64,000 nt of DNA from Candidatus Entotheonellaceae bacterium (lineage in GTDB: Bacteria > Tectomicrobia > Entotheonellia > Entotheonellales > Entotheonellaceae). Location: contig OZ250173.1 in the NCBI GenBank assembly GCA_965238075.1, forward strand, positions 1,312,001 through 1,376,000, given 5' to 3'. Numbering within the stretch: position 1 is the stretch's first letter; every line of letters begins with the position of its first letter. A program made the position numbers and the translations under genes. Below, piece by piece: positions 20,187 to 30,535 of the stretch. The notes under the pieces are model-generated. The model did no database searches. It saw only the letters and a program-made list of their open reading frames with translations, and had not been told where the DNA came from.

Positions 20187-20894
20187 TTATCGGTACCAGC
20201 GCTTCAGCGTAGCGGGCGGCACGCCGCAGAAATACAGGGTCATGAGCGCAACGTTGCGGGCGGTGGTGACGAGGACGCCGTCGCGCTGCCAGCGGCGCCC
20301 GGAGGTAACGACGGCCTGCGGCACGATGGCCAGGCGGCCGTAGCGTCGTAACGCCTGCACCAGGCGGATGTCTTCCATGAATGGCACGTCGTCGTAGCCG
20401 CCCAGTTCCTCGAACACCCGGCGCCAGACGAAAAGGGCCTGGTCGCCGTAGGGCAGGCCGCCGAAACGGCTTCTCAGGTTGGTGCCCCAGGCGACCAGGC
20501 GCAGGGCGGGCGTCGCCGGGGTGATGGACAGGCGGAAGGCGCCGCCGCCGGTGCCGGGCTGTTGCAGGGCGCGGCGCACCGCGTCCAGGGCGCCGGGCGG
20601 CAGCAGCGTGTCGGCGTGCAGGAAGAGGAGAATGTCGCCGCCGGCGCGCCGGGCGCCGTGGTTCATCTGCTGCGCCCGGCCGCGGGGTCCCTGGTAGACC
20701 TTGGACGTGTAACGCCGCGCGATGTCGGGGGTGGCGTCGCTGCTGCCGGCGTCGACGACGATCAGCTCGTCGCTGGCGGACAGGGCGACGGCGTCGAGGG
20801 TGGCGGCAAGGCAGGCCCGTTCATTGAGGGTCGGGACAATGACGGAAATACGAGGGGCGGCCGGAGCGTCGTTAGCGGTCTGAGGATGGGGCAT
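20187..20894 (-). CDS. Family 2 glycosyltransferase (TIGR04283-like)
   Basis: ISVIVPTLNE, VVDAGSSDAT, GRAQQMNHGA, LFLHADT, PYGDQALF, TSGRRW. Confidence 0.88.
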   Translation of the reverse strand: MPHPQTANDAPAAPRISVIVPTLNERACLAATLDAVALSASDELIVVDAGSSDATPDIARRYTSKVYQGPRGRAQQMNHGARRAGGDILLFLHADTLLPPGALDAVRRALQQPGTGGGAFRLSITPATPALRLVAWGTNLRSRFGGLPYGDQALFVWRRVFEELGGYDDVPFMEDIRLVQALRRYGRLAIVPQAVVTSGRRWQRDGVLVTTARNVALMTLYFCGVPPATLKRWYR

Positions 20895-20948
20895 AGGGAT
20901 GGTTTCCTGGAAGCGGGGAATATCGGATGGCGCTTTCGTCCAGCAGAC

Positions 20949-20980
20949 CTGTCGGATTACGCGTCGCTAATCCGACCTAC
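20949..20980. repeat. REP-like palindrome, family B (GTAGGTCGGATTAGCG...CGTAATCCGACA)
   Basis: Related copies at 25234-25323, 27361-27449, 48292-48323. Confidence 0.7.
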
Positions 20981-21115
20981 TCGGGTCGGTTTGCCAAAAT
21001 TTCGCAATGGGTTCATGCGTTCCTCATAGTGTACGTCCATGTTTGGCGCCGTGTTATCCGTGCCCGGGTCACACTGGCTCGGGATTGGCTTACGTGCTTG
21101 GATGAGGATCGCTAC

Positions 21116-23362
21116 ATGTCTGAAAAACCGTTGTCAACGCAGTCGGCACATTCTGACAGCACCACGAAACAGGCCGTCACGCGCCAACAGATGAACGCAT
21201 GGATCGAACAATTGGTGACCCGCCGCGGCGTGCTGGCCGGCGCCACGACCATCGGTGTAGCAGGGCTCGCCGGGCTTATCCTCGGCGGCTGCGAGGGCGA
21301 CTCGGGCGCCCCAGGTCCCGCCGGGCCTCCCGGACCCACATCGCCAGCACCGCCGACGTTCAATTTCAATGTCGTATCGCTGAACCAGGATGACAAGGTT
21401 ACCATTCCGGAGGGCCACAGTGCCCAGGTTCTGTACGCCTACGGCGATCCAATCAGCTCCGACCTGGAGGCCTATTCCAATATGGGCACCGAACCGGCTG
21501 CGCAATGGGACCAACGCACCGGCGACCACCATGACGGCATGCACTTCTTCGGTCTGAACGACAACGACGAACTGGACCCCAACGCCAGTAATCGGGGCAT
21601 CTTGTGCATCAACCACGAGAATATCACCCAGTCTCTGATGCACGAGTCAGGAACAAGCCTGGACGCCGATCGTAACCGTACCGACATCGACGAAGTGCGC
21701 AAGGAGCAGCGCGCCCACGGCGTGTCCTGCGTCGAGGTCGTCCGCGACGAAGCCACCGGCCGGTTCACGGTCGTCCAAAACTCGCCATTCAACCGCCGCA
21801 TCACCGCCTTAACTGAGATGGATCTGTATGGCCCGGCGGCTGAAAGTGACTTGCTGAAAACCAGACACAGCAACGACGGCCTCAAAGGCCGCGGTACGTT
21901 GAACAACTGCGCCAATGGTTATACCCCGTGGGGCACCTATCTGACTTGCGAGGAGAATTACGATCTCTACTTCCGCGATGACCGCACGATCGGCGACGGG
22001 TCCAAGGAAGTTCCAAGCGAGATCGGCTATGCCAACTACCTGGCCGGTATCGGCGTGCGCGACCCCGAAGGGCGCTACGAATGGGCGACCCTGGCCGGCC
22101 ATGCGGACGAGCAAGACGACGAGTTCGGCCGCTTCAATGTCACCCCCATACAGGGTAAATCGGCCACGGACGACTACCGCAACGAGGGTAATCAGTTCGG
22201 CTACATCGTGGAAATCGATCCGTTGAAGCCGACGGCCGCACCGCGCAAGCGCACGGCACTCGGTCGCTTCGCCCATGAAGGCGTGTGGCCCGCCAAAGCG
22301 GTCGATGGCGAGCCGGTCGTGTTCTACATGGGTGACGACGACCAGTTGCAGTTCATCTACAAATTCGTTTCCGCCGAGGCGTATGGGGCCGGTAATGCCA
22401 GTACGTCCCCGCTGGATACCGGGGACACTTACATGGACGACGGCACCTTGTACGTGGCCCGCTTCGATGCGGACGCCCCGACCGGGCGCCAGACCGGTGC
22501 CTGGCTTCCGCTGCGGCCCGACAACCCGGTCTTACAAGCTGCCAGCGAGGACCCCAATAGCCCGTTCTACGGGTTGTTCGGGACCCTGGCGTCCATCCTG
22601 GTGCATACGCGTGCGGCGGCGTTCGTCGTGGGCGCGACGCCCATGGACCGCCCCGAGTGGGGCGCGGTCAACCCTGGGAACGGGGAGGTTTATTTCACGC
22701 TGACCAACAACTCGGACCGCCGCGGTTTCGACGATGCCGACCCGGCTGCCCGCGCTGCCGGCGACCGGGGTTCGCGCGACGAGGTCACGGAATTCCTCGC
22801 CGACCGCGAATTTGGCGAGGTGCCGGCCAACCCGCGCGGCCCGAATTCCCACGGCCACATCATACGGCTGCAGGAAAGCGGCAACGACCCGGCGGCGCCG
22901 GAGTTTGCCTGGGACATCTTCGTGTTCGGTTCCGATGCGGGCGGCAGCGCCAATTTCTCCGGTCTGACCGCCGACAACGAGTTCACGGACTGCGACGGCC
23001 TGTGGTTCGACTCGGCCGGCCTGCTGTGGATCCAGACCGACGGCGGCCAGCCCGACGGCAACCACAACCAGATGCTGGCGGCGGTTCCCGGAGAGGTGGA
23101 TGACGGCGGCATCGACGCCGGCAATAACGACGTCAGCCTGCGGCGCTTTCTGGTTGGCCCCGAGGGCTGCGAAATCACTGGCATCGACATGACGCCGGAC
23201 CGGCGCTCGATGTTCGTCAACATCCAGCACCCGAATAGACATTGGCCGGCCGATAGCCGTGACGCCACGGAGGTTGCCGCAATGGGCCGTGCGCGGTCTG
23301 CCACCATCGTGATCACCCGTGACGACGGTGGTCCGATTGGTACGGAGGGTATGGACGCCTAA
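21116..23362 (+). CDS. phoX: PhoX-family alkaline phosphatase, Tat-exported lipoprotein
   Basis: TRRGVL Tat motif, LGGC lipobox, GDHHDGM, NCANGYTPWGTYLTCEEN, GRFAHE, MDRPEW, IQTDG, FVNIQHP. Confidence 0.93.
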   Translation: MSEKPLSTQSAHSDSTTKQAVTRQQMNAWIEQLVTRRGVLAGATTIGVAGLAGLILGGCEGDSGAPGPAGPPGPTSPAPPTFNFNVVSLNQDDKVTIPEGHSAQVLYAYGDPISSDLEAYSNMGTEPAAQWDQRTGDHHDGMHFFGLNDNDELDPNASNRGILCINHENITQSLMHESGTSLDADRNRTDIDEVRKEQRAHGVSCVEVVRDEATGRFTVVQNSPFNRRITALTEMDLYGPAAESDLLKTRHSNDGLKGRGTLNNCANGYTPWGTYLTCEENYDLYFRDDRTIGDGSKEVPSEIGYANYLAGIGVRDPEGRYEWATLAGHADEQDDEFGRFNVTPIQGKSATDDYRNEGNQFGYIVEIDPLKPTAAPRKRTALGRFAHEGVWPAKAVDGEPVVFYMGDDDQLQFIYKFVSAEAYGAGNASTSPLDTGDTYMDDGTLYVARFDADAPTGRQTGAWLPLRPDNPVLQAASEDPNSPFYGLFGTLASILVHTRAAAFVVGATPMDRPEWGAVNPGNGEVYFTLTNNSDRRGFDDADPAARAAGDRGSRDEVTEFLADREFGEVPANPRGPNSHGHIIRLQESGNDPAAPEFAWDIFVFGSDAGGSANFSGLTADNEFTDCDGLWFDSAGLLWIQTDGGQPDGNHNQMLAAVPGEVDDGGIDAGNNDVSLRRFLVGPEGCEITGIDMTPDRRSMFVNIQHPNRHWPADSRDATEVAAMGRARSATIVITRDDGGPIGTEGMDA

Positions 23363-23374
23363 ATCGGGACGAAT

Positions 23375-23405
23375 CGGGAAAGGGTGTGCCCGGCACCCTT
23401 TCCCG
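23375..23405 (+). terminator. Stem-loop downstream of phoX
   Basis: CGGGAAAGGGTG-N7-CACCCTTTCCCG perfect 12-bp stem, no U-tract. Confidence 0.5.
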
Positions 23406-23465
23406 GCATGCGACGGGCGCCAGAAACAGCCCATACGCAGCGGGTAGCGGAGCCGTGACGACTAG

Positions 23466-24940
23466 TACTACAGTTGTAAATTGATGTTACGGTTCTGGCG
23501 CCGCCGATAATGACAACGCCGTGCTGACCATTGATGCCGACGGCGCCATCTGCACCACCCCAACACCTGCTCGACACCGTGAGACACCGTCACCACCAGA
23601 CGCCGTATCTCCGGCACACTCAGCGCGACACAAGGCCCCGTGATGCCTTGAAGCCCGACAGACTGCTCGCCGCAGAGCGTTTTTTCCCCGACACCTCCAA
23701 GTGCGCTGCCCGCACCGCACTGAGCAACGCCAATGCCCACATCGACAAGGTGACGTGACGGTACCAGCCCGTCCAACTGCGAACTTCATACTCATCCAGG
23801 CCCACTTCGCCCTTGGCCGCCTCGAAACACATCTCAATGCACCAACGCCGACCCGCCACTGACACCAGGGTCGCCAAATCCGTCCGTGACGGTGCAAACA
23901 CCGCATAGGCCGTCAATTCCCTGTCCGCTTTCAAGCTGCGCCGTACCAGCAAGTAGCGGCACCAACCCACTGTGGGCGGCGCTGTCAACCTCACACACTG
24001 CCAATCATAGAGCCTTGGCCCTTTGCTGCCCGAACCCGCACTCAGTCGTTGCCAAGCACCCTCGTCAAGCCCCTGCAGCACCGATTTCACCGAGCGCTGC
24101 TCAACCCCCAGCCAGACATACTCGTTGCCCGACACCGCCAGCACATAGGCTTTTTCCTGCCCTTCCAACCACAGCCGCAAGCGACGCGCATCGCCGTAGA
24201 CGCTGTCACCCACCACCCACGACGCAGGCACCCCTGCCGCAAAGGCACGCTCAAGCATCGCCTGGGCCAACTCAGGCTTGGTGGCAAACGCCACCTCCGG
24301 GATAATGCCCGCCCGCTGACAGCGCTCAGCGTCTTTTGTCCACGACGCGGGCAGGTATAAGGCACGATCCAGCAGGCTCTGGCCCAAGCGACTGGCATAG
24401 GCCAGAAACACGCCGACCTGGCAGTTCTCCACCCGACCTGCGGTGCCGCTATACTGCCTTGCTACCCCGGCTGACTGGTTGCCCTTTTTCAAAAACCCCG
24501 TCTCATCCACCACCAGCACGGCCTGTGAGTCGCCCACGTGCGCCACCACGTAGGCGTACAGGGCATCTCGGAGTTGGTCGGCCTGCCACAAGGCGCGTCC
24601 AAGCAAATGCTGGATGCCGTAGGGCGTGACATCGCCGTTCACTTCTGCCAGTTGCCAGGCATTTTTGCGCCCTACCGTACTGAGCAAGCCTTCCATATAG
24701 GCCACGGCGCGGTGCCACGATCGACGACGGACAATTCCTCTCGCTCCAATGGGACGGAGGTGCTGTGCCACCTCACGGAGATACGCTTGCCAGCCGCTGA
24801 CGGGCGTCAGAACCTGCCCCGTTCTTGAAACGGGGTCAGTCTCGCTCGCGAGCGGGTCGAAACGTTGGCTTGACATCATGGCTCCCTCCGCTTTGAAATC
24901 AGGGAAAAGACCCTGATAGCATCAAATTACAACTGTAGTA
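23466..24940 (-). mobile_element. IS701-family insertion sequence
   Basis: IRs TACTACAGTTGTAAATTGATGTTA / TACTACAGTTGTAATTTGATGCTA; flanks CTAG (left) and CTAA (right). Confidence 0.92.
23468..24879 (-). CDS. IS701 DDE transposase; C-terminus in a second frame after a GGGGAAAAAA run
   Basis: VVDETGFLKKG, GVARQYSGTAGRVENCQVGV, GDSVYG, RWCIEMCFEAAKGEVGLDEYEVRSW; WRRRHQWSARRCHYRRR in the other frame. Confidence 0.9.
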
Positions 24941-24951
24941 CTAAGTGTATA

Positions 24952-25211
24952 GTCCCAGTGTTTGCACCCCGCATTAGACTTACGCTTGTCGGCTGGCTTG
25001 CGCCAGACTTTCTCCAGGCGGTTCCTGAACGCTTCCCAAGGAACCAGCGCATTGATCCTTACTAATGGATCGGTTTTGGCATCCAAAGCGGCGTCGCGAT
25101 TCTCGACATCGAAAAAGCCCATCTGACCCATGCTCAACTCCCCCGGCTCTTTGGCAAATGTGTCTCAGTGATTCTAAACCAAGCGGGAGATGAGTATTAT
25201 TAGAGATGCTC
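24952..25211 (-). mobile_element. Truncated IS5 (left end plus 5' of transposase), related to 4169-5461
   Basis: End GAGCATCTCTAATAATAC and MGQMGFFDVENRDAALDAKTDPLVRINALVPWEAFR closely match the intact copy. Confidence 0.88.
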
Positions 25212-25233
25212 TAGAGCATTTCCGTATTAAGCT

Positions 25234-25323
25234 GTAGGTCGGATTAGCGAAGCGTAATCCGACATTCCACTGCGCTCCGCAGCCCACTGCTGTCGGGTTA
25301 CGCCTTCGGCTAACCCGACCTAC
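25234..25323. repeat. Inverted pair of family B REP-like palindromes
   Basis: GTAGGTCGGATTAGCGAAGCGTAATCCGACA ... TGTCGGGTTACGCCTTCGGCTAACCCGACCTAC. Confidence 0.8.
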
Positions 25324-25462
25324 ATGAAGCCGCCGGTCCGCACCTCGTTCAATTCAACACGAAAAGGCTCCGAGCCCGTCCAATTTGTTGCGCGTCCAAG
25401 CGGCGCCGTGGCACAATCGCCACCTCTTACCAGCCCCAAGCCCATCGCATGAGGAATACAAG

Positions 25463-26080
25463 ATGATCTATGAGATACGAACTTACGACCTCAAGCCCCG
25501 TTCCGTGCCCGAATTCGAGCGCCGCATCGCGGAAAAGCTCAAGGAAGGCCGCGAGACCTATTCGCCCCTGTTCGGCTTCTGGTACACGGAGGCCGGTCCG
25601 CTGAACCAGGTGGTGCACATCTGGCCGTACGAGGACTCGAACCAGCGGCAGGATATCCGCGCCAAGGTTGTGGCCGACGGCGTCTGGCCGCCGAACCTCG
25701 GCGAATTCATCCTCAACATGCACTCGGCCATCTACCTGCCGGCGCCCTTCATGCAGGACCGCGGCGCCGCCAAGCTGGGGCCGCTGTACGAAATGCGCAT
25801 CTACACCTACGCGCCCGGCGCCATCCCGCGCGTCATCGAGAAGTGGAGCGAGCATGTCCCCGAGCGGGAAAAACACTCGCCGCTGGTCGGTGCCTGGTAC
25901 TCGGACGTCGGCGACCTGAACGTGTGGATTCACCTGTGGGCGTACGCCAGCTTCGAGGAGCGGCTGAAAGTTCGCGCCGAAACGCGCGCGAAGGGCGTGT
26001 GGCCACCGCCGGGCGGCATCGCGCCGCTGCGGCAGGAGAGCAAGCTGCTGACGCCGTTCAGTTGCTCGCCGCTGCAATAA
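25463..26080 (+). CDS. NIPSNAP-family protein (two domains)
   Basis: MIYEIRTYDLKP..GPLNQVVHIWPY and LYEMRIYTYAPG..GDLNVWIHLWAY. Confidence 0.92.
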   Translation: MIYEIRTYDLKPRSVPEFERRIAEKLKEGRETYSPLFGFWYTEAGPLNQVVHIWPYEDSNQRQDIRAKVVADGVWPPNLGEFILNMHSAIYLPAPFMQDRGAAKLGPLYEMRIYTYAPGAIPRVIEKWSEHVPEREKHSPLVGAWYSDVGDLNVWIHLWAYASFEERLKVRAETRAKGVWPPPGGIAPLRQESKLLTPFSCSPLQ

Positions 26081-26120
26081 GTCCATCCGGCCCGCCGTTG
26101 TTCCGCGAGGGAGCAGAACC

Positions 26121-27293
26121 ATGAAAATCACGCAGGTACGCGTTGTGCCCATGAGCGACCCGGTGCCCGTGGAGCGCCGCCACCGTACCGATCTGGGCAC
26201 CAAGGTCAAATCGGACTCGGCGATCATTTTCGTCGATACCGACACCGGCCTCACCGGCATGGGCGCGGCACTGGGCAATCCCGGGGTGGTGCAGGCCATT
26301 GTCGAGCACGAGCTGGGGCCGGACCTCGTGGGCGAGGACCCGATGTTTTCGGAGCGCATCTACGAGAAGCTGTACAACGGCTCGCGTTTTCGCCCGGCCC
26401 TGGAGCGCGGCTGGCAGCAGCCGGAGCCGTCGCGCCGTCGCGGCATGGTGATGGAAGCCATCGCCGGCATTGACATCGCGGTGTGGGACGTCAAGGCGCA
26501 GGCGCTGGAGGTGCCGGTGTACCAAGCCCTCGGCGCCGTGCACAGCGAGGTGCGGGCGTACGGTTCGGGCGGCTGGGCGCCGGGCGATGAGGCCGAGGCG
26601 GAAATGGCGGGCTATGCCGCGAAGGGTTTCAGCGCCGTAAAAATGCGCGTGGTGGGACGCGACGGCTTCTCCATCGGGAACACCGTGCGCCGCGTGCGGG
26701 CCGCGCGGCGCGGCATCGGACCGGACGTGGAGTTGATGGTGGACGCGCACGGCTCGCTAGACGTGTCCACCGCTGTCCGGCTTTCAAAGGCGTTGGAAGA
26801 ATATGACATCGCCTGGTTCGAAGAGCCGGTGTCGCCGGACGACCATCACGGGCAGGCCCTGGTGCGGCAGGCGACGAAAATTCCGATCGCCTCCGGGGAG
26901 CGGGAGTTCACCCGCCATGACTTCCTCGACCTCATGGAGCACGGCGCCCTCGACATCGCGCAGCCGGACGTGGCACGCGCCGGCGGCTTCACGGAAATCC
27001 GCCGCATCGCCGCGCTCACCTCGACCCGCCAAGTCCGCCTGGCACCGCACGCCTGGGGCAGCGGCGTGCTGTTCGCGGCCTCCATCCACGTCGCCATGGC
27101 GGCGGCAAACTGTCACATCCTGGAAGTGAGCCAAGGCTACATGCCGATGATCTGGGAATTGTTCGAGGAGCCGTTCGACATCCGCCCCGACGGTACCGTG
27201 CATGCCCCTGAAAAACCCGGCCTCGGCTTTACCCTGCGACCGGACGCGCTGGAACGGTTCAAGTATCTGACGGGACCGGAATATGAGTGGTAG
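26121..27293 (+). CDS. Mandelate racemase/muconate lactonizing enzyme family protein
   Basis: AGIDIAVWDVKAQ, KMR, LMVDAH, WFEEPV, ASGERE, QPDVARAGG, APH. Confidence 0.93.
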   Translation: MKITQVRVVPMSDPVPVERRHRTDLGTKVKSDSAIIFVDTDTGLTGMGAALGNPGVVQAIVEHELGPDLVGEDPMFSERIYEKLYNGSRFRPALERGWQQPEPSRRRGMVMEAIAGIDIAVWDVKAQALEVPVYQALGAVHSEVRAYGSGGWAPGDEAEAEMAGYAAKGFSAVKMRVVGRDGFSIGNTVRRVRAARRGIGPDVELMVDAHGSLDVSTAVRLSKALEEYDIAWFEEPVSPDDHHGQALVRQATKIPIASGEREFTRHDFLDLMEHGALDIAQPDVARAGGFTEIRRIAALTSTRQVRLAPHAWGSGVLFAASIHVAMAAANCHILEVSQGYMPMIWELFEEPFDIRPDGTVHAPEKPGLGFTLRPDALERFKYLTGPEYEW

Positions 27294-27360
27294 CAACGGA
27301 AACTGCCGGATATCGCGGCGAACCTTCCGGATCGAATCATATGCGGATTGGCGGCTTCAG

Positions 27361-27449
27361 GCAGGTCGGGTTTGCCGTAAGCGCAACCCGACAGCAGAGG
27401 CCTGGGGGCGTCGTGGAATGTCGGACTACGCTTTGCTGATCCGACCTGC
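27361..27449. repeat. Diverged family B REP-like pair
   Basis: GCAGGTCGGGTTTGC..GCAACCCGACA ... TGTCGGACTACG..TGATCCGACCTGC. Confidence 0.6.
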
Positions 27450-27468
27450 AGCCTGATGGGAACATTCT

Positions 27469-28730
27469 ATGAGCAGCGATACCGCAATCGTTGACGATCC
27501 ATTCGCCATTGCCCGGTGGCAGTTGGACGCCGTCGCTGAGCATCTGAAACTGGGTGACGGCATGCGCCGCATCCTGCGCACCCCAAATCGGAGCTGACCG
27601 TCACCTTCCCGGTGATCATGGATGATGGGCGCACGGAGGTATTTACCGGGCACCGAGTGCAACACAATGTCGCCCGCGGCCAGGCCAAGGGCGGTATTCG
27701 CTACTCGCCATACGTCACCCTCAACGAGATGCGCGCCCTGTCCATGTGGATGACCTGGAAATGTGCCGTCGTGAATCTGCCCTTTGGCGGTGCGAAGGGT
27801 GGGGTCTGTTGCAACACCAAGGAGATGTCGCTGCGCGAAATCGAGCGCCTCACGCGGCGCTATGCCACCGAAATTGCCTTCTTGATCGGCCCGGCCAGCG
27901 ACATCCCAGCCCCCGACATGTATACCGACTCTCGCGTCATGGCTTGGATGATGGATACGTAGAGTATGCACAAAGGGTACTCCGTCCCTGGCGTGGTGAC
28001 GGGGAAACCCATCAGCGTCGGCGGCTCCTTGGGGCGTTCGGAGGCGACGGGACGTGGCTGCGTGTATGCCATCGTCAACGTGGCGAAGCAGGTGGGTATC
28101 AACCTCGATGGGGCAACCGTGGCGGTGCAGGGTTTTGGCAATGCCGGCTCGGTCGTGGTCAGACTCCTCGCGCAACTGGGATGTCGGATCATCGCGGTGA
28201 GCGATTCAAACGGCGGCATCTACGATGAACACGGGCTCGATGCAGAAGCCCTGCAGGCCTGCAAGCGGGGGACGGGCTCTGTCAGAAATTATTCGTCAGG
28301 CGACCGCCTCTCCAATGAGGCGCTTCTCACCCTCCCCTGCGACATTTTGGTGCCAGCCGCTCTGGAAAATCAGCTCACCGAGCGGATTGCGCCGAAGGTC
28401 CGGAGCAAGCTGATCGCCGAGGCGGCAAATGGTCCGACCACGCCGGCAGCAGACGCGATTTTTCAAGATCGTGGCGTGACGGTGGTTCCCGACATTTTGG
28501 CGAATGCCGGCGGGGTCACGGTCTCCTACTTCGAGTGGGTTCAGAATCTGCAGGAATTTCACTGGAAGGAGGAGCAGGTCAATCAACAACTCAAGGACGT
28601 AATGGATGCGAGTTGCGGTCAGGTTATGGCGCTAGCCGAGCGGGAGCACGCGAGTTTGCGCACCGCGGCATACATCTTGGCGGTTGATCGCGTCGTCAAC
28701 GCGATTCAAGACCGGGGTATTTATCCATAA
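27469..28730 (+). pseudogene. Glu/Leu/Phe/Val dehydrogenase (glutamate dehydrogenase-like) pseudogene
   Basis: KGGIRY, FGGAKGG, DIPAPD, QGFGNAG, EAANGPTT, ANAGGVTVSYFEW; frameshift near 27590 and in-frame TAG at 27960 (MDT*SM for MDTYSM). Confidence 0.9.
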
Positions 28731-28832
28731 GAGGGTGTCTTGTTTAACGGTCGTTAAATGAGAGGGCGCCAAGCCGGTCTAAAGGACAAAAACAGGTCTA
28801 GCGGTCCGCACCGACCGGCAGTACCACGCTTC

Positions 28833-30062
28833 TCAGATCACGCCCTCGTCCTGCAGCGTGGCGAGTTCGGCATCGGACAGGCCGAGCAGGCCGCCGAGGA
28901 TGTCCTGGTTGTGGGCGCCAACGGCGGGGCCGGGCCAGGTGGTGGCGCCGGGGGTGGCGCTGAGATGGGGGGTAAGGGCGGGGATGCGCAGGGGTTGGCC
29001 GTTGACTTCGACCTGCTGGAACAGGCCGCGGGCGTGGAAATGGGGGTCCTGGAGCATATCCGCGACGCTGTAGATCGGGCCGGCGGGGACGGAAGCGTCG
29101 GCGAGTTGTGCCAGCACCTCGGCGGCGGCGAGGCTGGCGGTCCAGGCGGCGATGGCGGCGTCGATTTCGCGTTCGTGCGCCACGCGGCCGGCGTTTTCGG
29201 CGAAGCGCGGGTCCTCGGCCATGTCGGCCCGCCCGGCGGCGCGCATCAGGCGTTGAAAGATGGAATTGCCGTTGCCGCCGATGACCACGTAGGCGCCGTC
29301 GCGGCAGGCGTAGGTATTGGTCGGCACGATACCGGTCAGGGTCGAGCCGGAAGGCTGCCGCACCAGTCCGGCGCCGTCGTATTCCGGCACCACGGCTTCC
29401 AGCATGTTGAAGACCGATTCGTAAATGGCCACGTCCACCACCTGCCCGTCGCCGCCCGCCGGCTTGCCGCGTTGGATGTATGCCAGCAGGATGCCGAGCA
29501 CGGCGTGCAGTCCGGCCAGCGTGTCGCCCAGGCTCAGGTTGGGCCGCACCGGTGCCTCGCCTGGAAAGCCGTTCAGGTAGCGAAAACCGCCCACCCCTTC
29601 GCACACCGAGGCATAGCCGGGCCGTTCGGCGTACGGCCCGGTCTGGCCGTATCCCGAGACGCGCGCGTAGATCAGCCCCGGATTCGTCGTCTTGACTTCC
29701 TCGGGTCCGAGGCCCCATTTCTCCATGGTGCCGGGACGGAAATTCTCGATCAGCACGTCCACGCGGTCCGCCAATTGGCGGGCGATGCCGCGCCCCTTGT
29801 CGGTCTGCAGATTCAGCGTGATGCTCTTCTTGTTGCGCCCCAGGCTGCGCCACCAAAACGACGTGCCGTTGTCGTCGAGCAGCCGCCAGCCGCGAATCGG
29901 ATCGCCCTTGCCCGGCGGCTCGACCTTGATCACCTCGGCGCCGAAGTATCCGAGGACGCAGCCGGCGAACGGCCCCGCCAAGAGCTGGCCCAATTCGAGC
30001 ACCCGCACGCCGTCCAGCGGTCGAGCGGTCGCAGGGTTCGGTTCCGAAGCAGAAGAGGGCAT
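28833..30062 (-). CDS. CaiB/BaiF family III CoA-transferase
   Basis: PLDGVRVLELGQLLAGPF, VIKVEPPGKGD, RNKKS, ENFRPG, SGYGQTGPY. Confidence 0.95.
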   Translation of the reverse strand: MPSSASEPNPATARPLDGVRVLELGQLLAGPFAGCVLGYFGAEVIKVEPPGKGDPIRGWRLLDDNGTSFWWRSLGRNKKSITLNLQTDKGRGIARQLADRVDVLIENFRPGTMEKWGLGPEEVKTTNPGLIYARVSGYGQTGPYAERPGYASVCEGVGGFRYLNGFPGEAPVRPNLSLGDTLAGLHAVLGILLAYIQRGKPAGGDGQVVDVAIYESVFNMLEAVVPEYDGAGLVRQPSGSTLTGIVPTNTYACRDGAYVVIGGNGNSIFQRLMRAAGRADMAEDPRFAENAGRVAHEREIDAAIAAWTASLAAAEVLAQLADASVPAGPIYSVADMLQDPHFHARGLFQQVEVNGQPLRIPALTPHLSATPGATTWPGPAVGAHNQDILGGLLGLSDAELATLQDEGVI

Positions 30063-30097
30063 GGGGCACGCCTCCTTGGCATGTCGGGCCAGGGAAT

Positions 30098-30535
30098 TCA
30101 GTCTTGCACGTGGATGACGGTGACCTCGAAGACGATGTGCTGACCGGCCAGAGGATGGTTCAGGTCCACCGTCACCGCGGTGTCGTTAATGGCATGAATG
30201 CGATAGGGGATGATGCTGCCGTCCGGCCCCGGAAATTCGCCCTCGAAGCCGAGGTGCCGGGCCGAGGCGGGGAATTGCTCCTTGGAGAGTTCCTGGAAGG
30301 CCGCCGGGTCAATGCACCCGAACGCGTCGGCGGGCTTCAGCTCAAGCCGCACGGTGTCGCCAACGCCGAGACCTTCCACGCCCGTGTGCAGGCCGGGCGG
30401 CATGCGGGTGTGGCCGTGCACGTAAGTCCAGGTGCCGCTGTGTTGGGCCGAGTCGACCAGGGTGCCGTCGGCTAGGCACAGCGTGTAGTCGAGGCACACC
30501 GTCTTGCCGGCCTGCACCCGCTCGTTGCTGCTCAT
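30098..30535 (-). CDS. FKBP-type peptidyl-prolyl isomerase (SlyD-like, no His-rich tail)
   Basis: VCLDYTL..DGTLVDS..YVHGH..PPGL..VDLNHPLAGQHIVFEVTV. Confidence 0.9.
   Translation of the reverse strand: MSSNERVQAGKTVCLDYTLCLADGTLVDSAQHSGTWTYVHGHTRMPPGLHTGVEGLGVGDTVRLELKPADAFGCIDPAAFQELSKEQFPASARHLGFEGEFPGPDGSIIPYRIHAINDTAVTVDLNHPLAGQHIVFEVTVIHVQD

Noticed and set aside
20990-21040. Possible Pho box upstream of phoX (TCAT at 11-bp spacing)
   Set aside because: Only two weak half-sites; poor match to CTGTCAT
27960-27962. In-frame TAG in the gdh-like gene as pyrrolysine read-through
   Set aside because: It replaces a Tyr codon by one substitution and the gene also has a frameshift; decay is simpler
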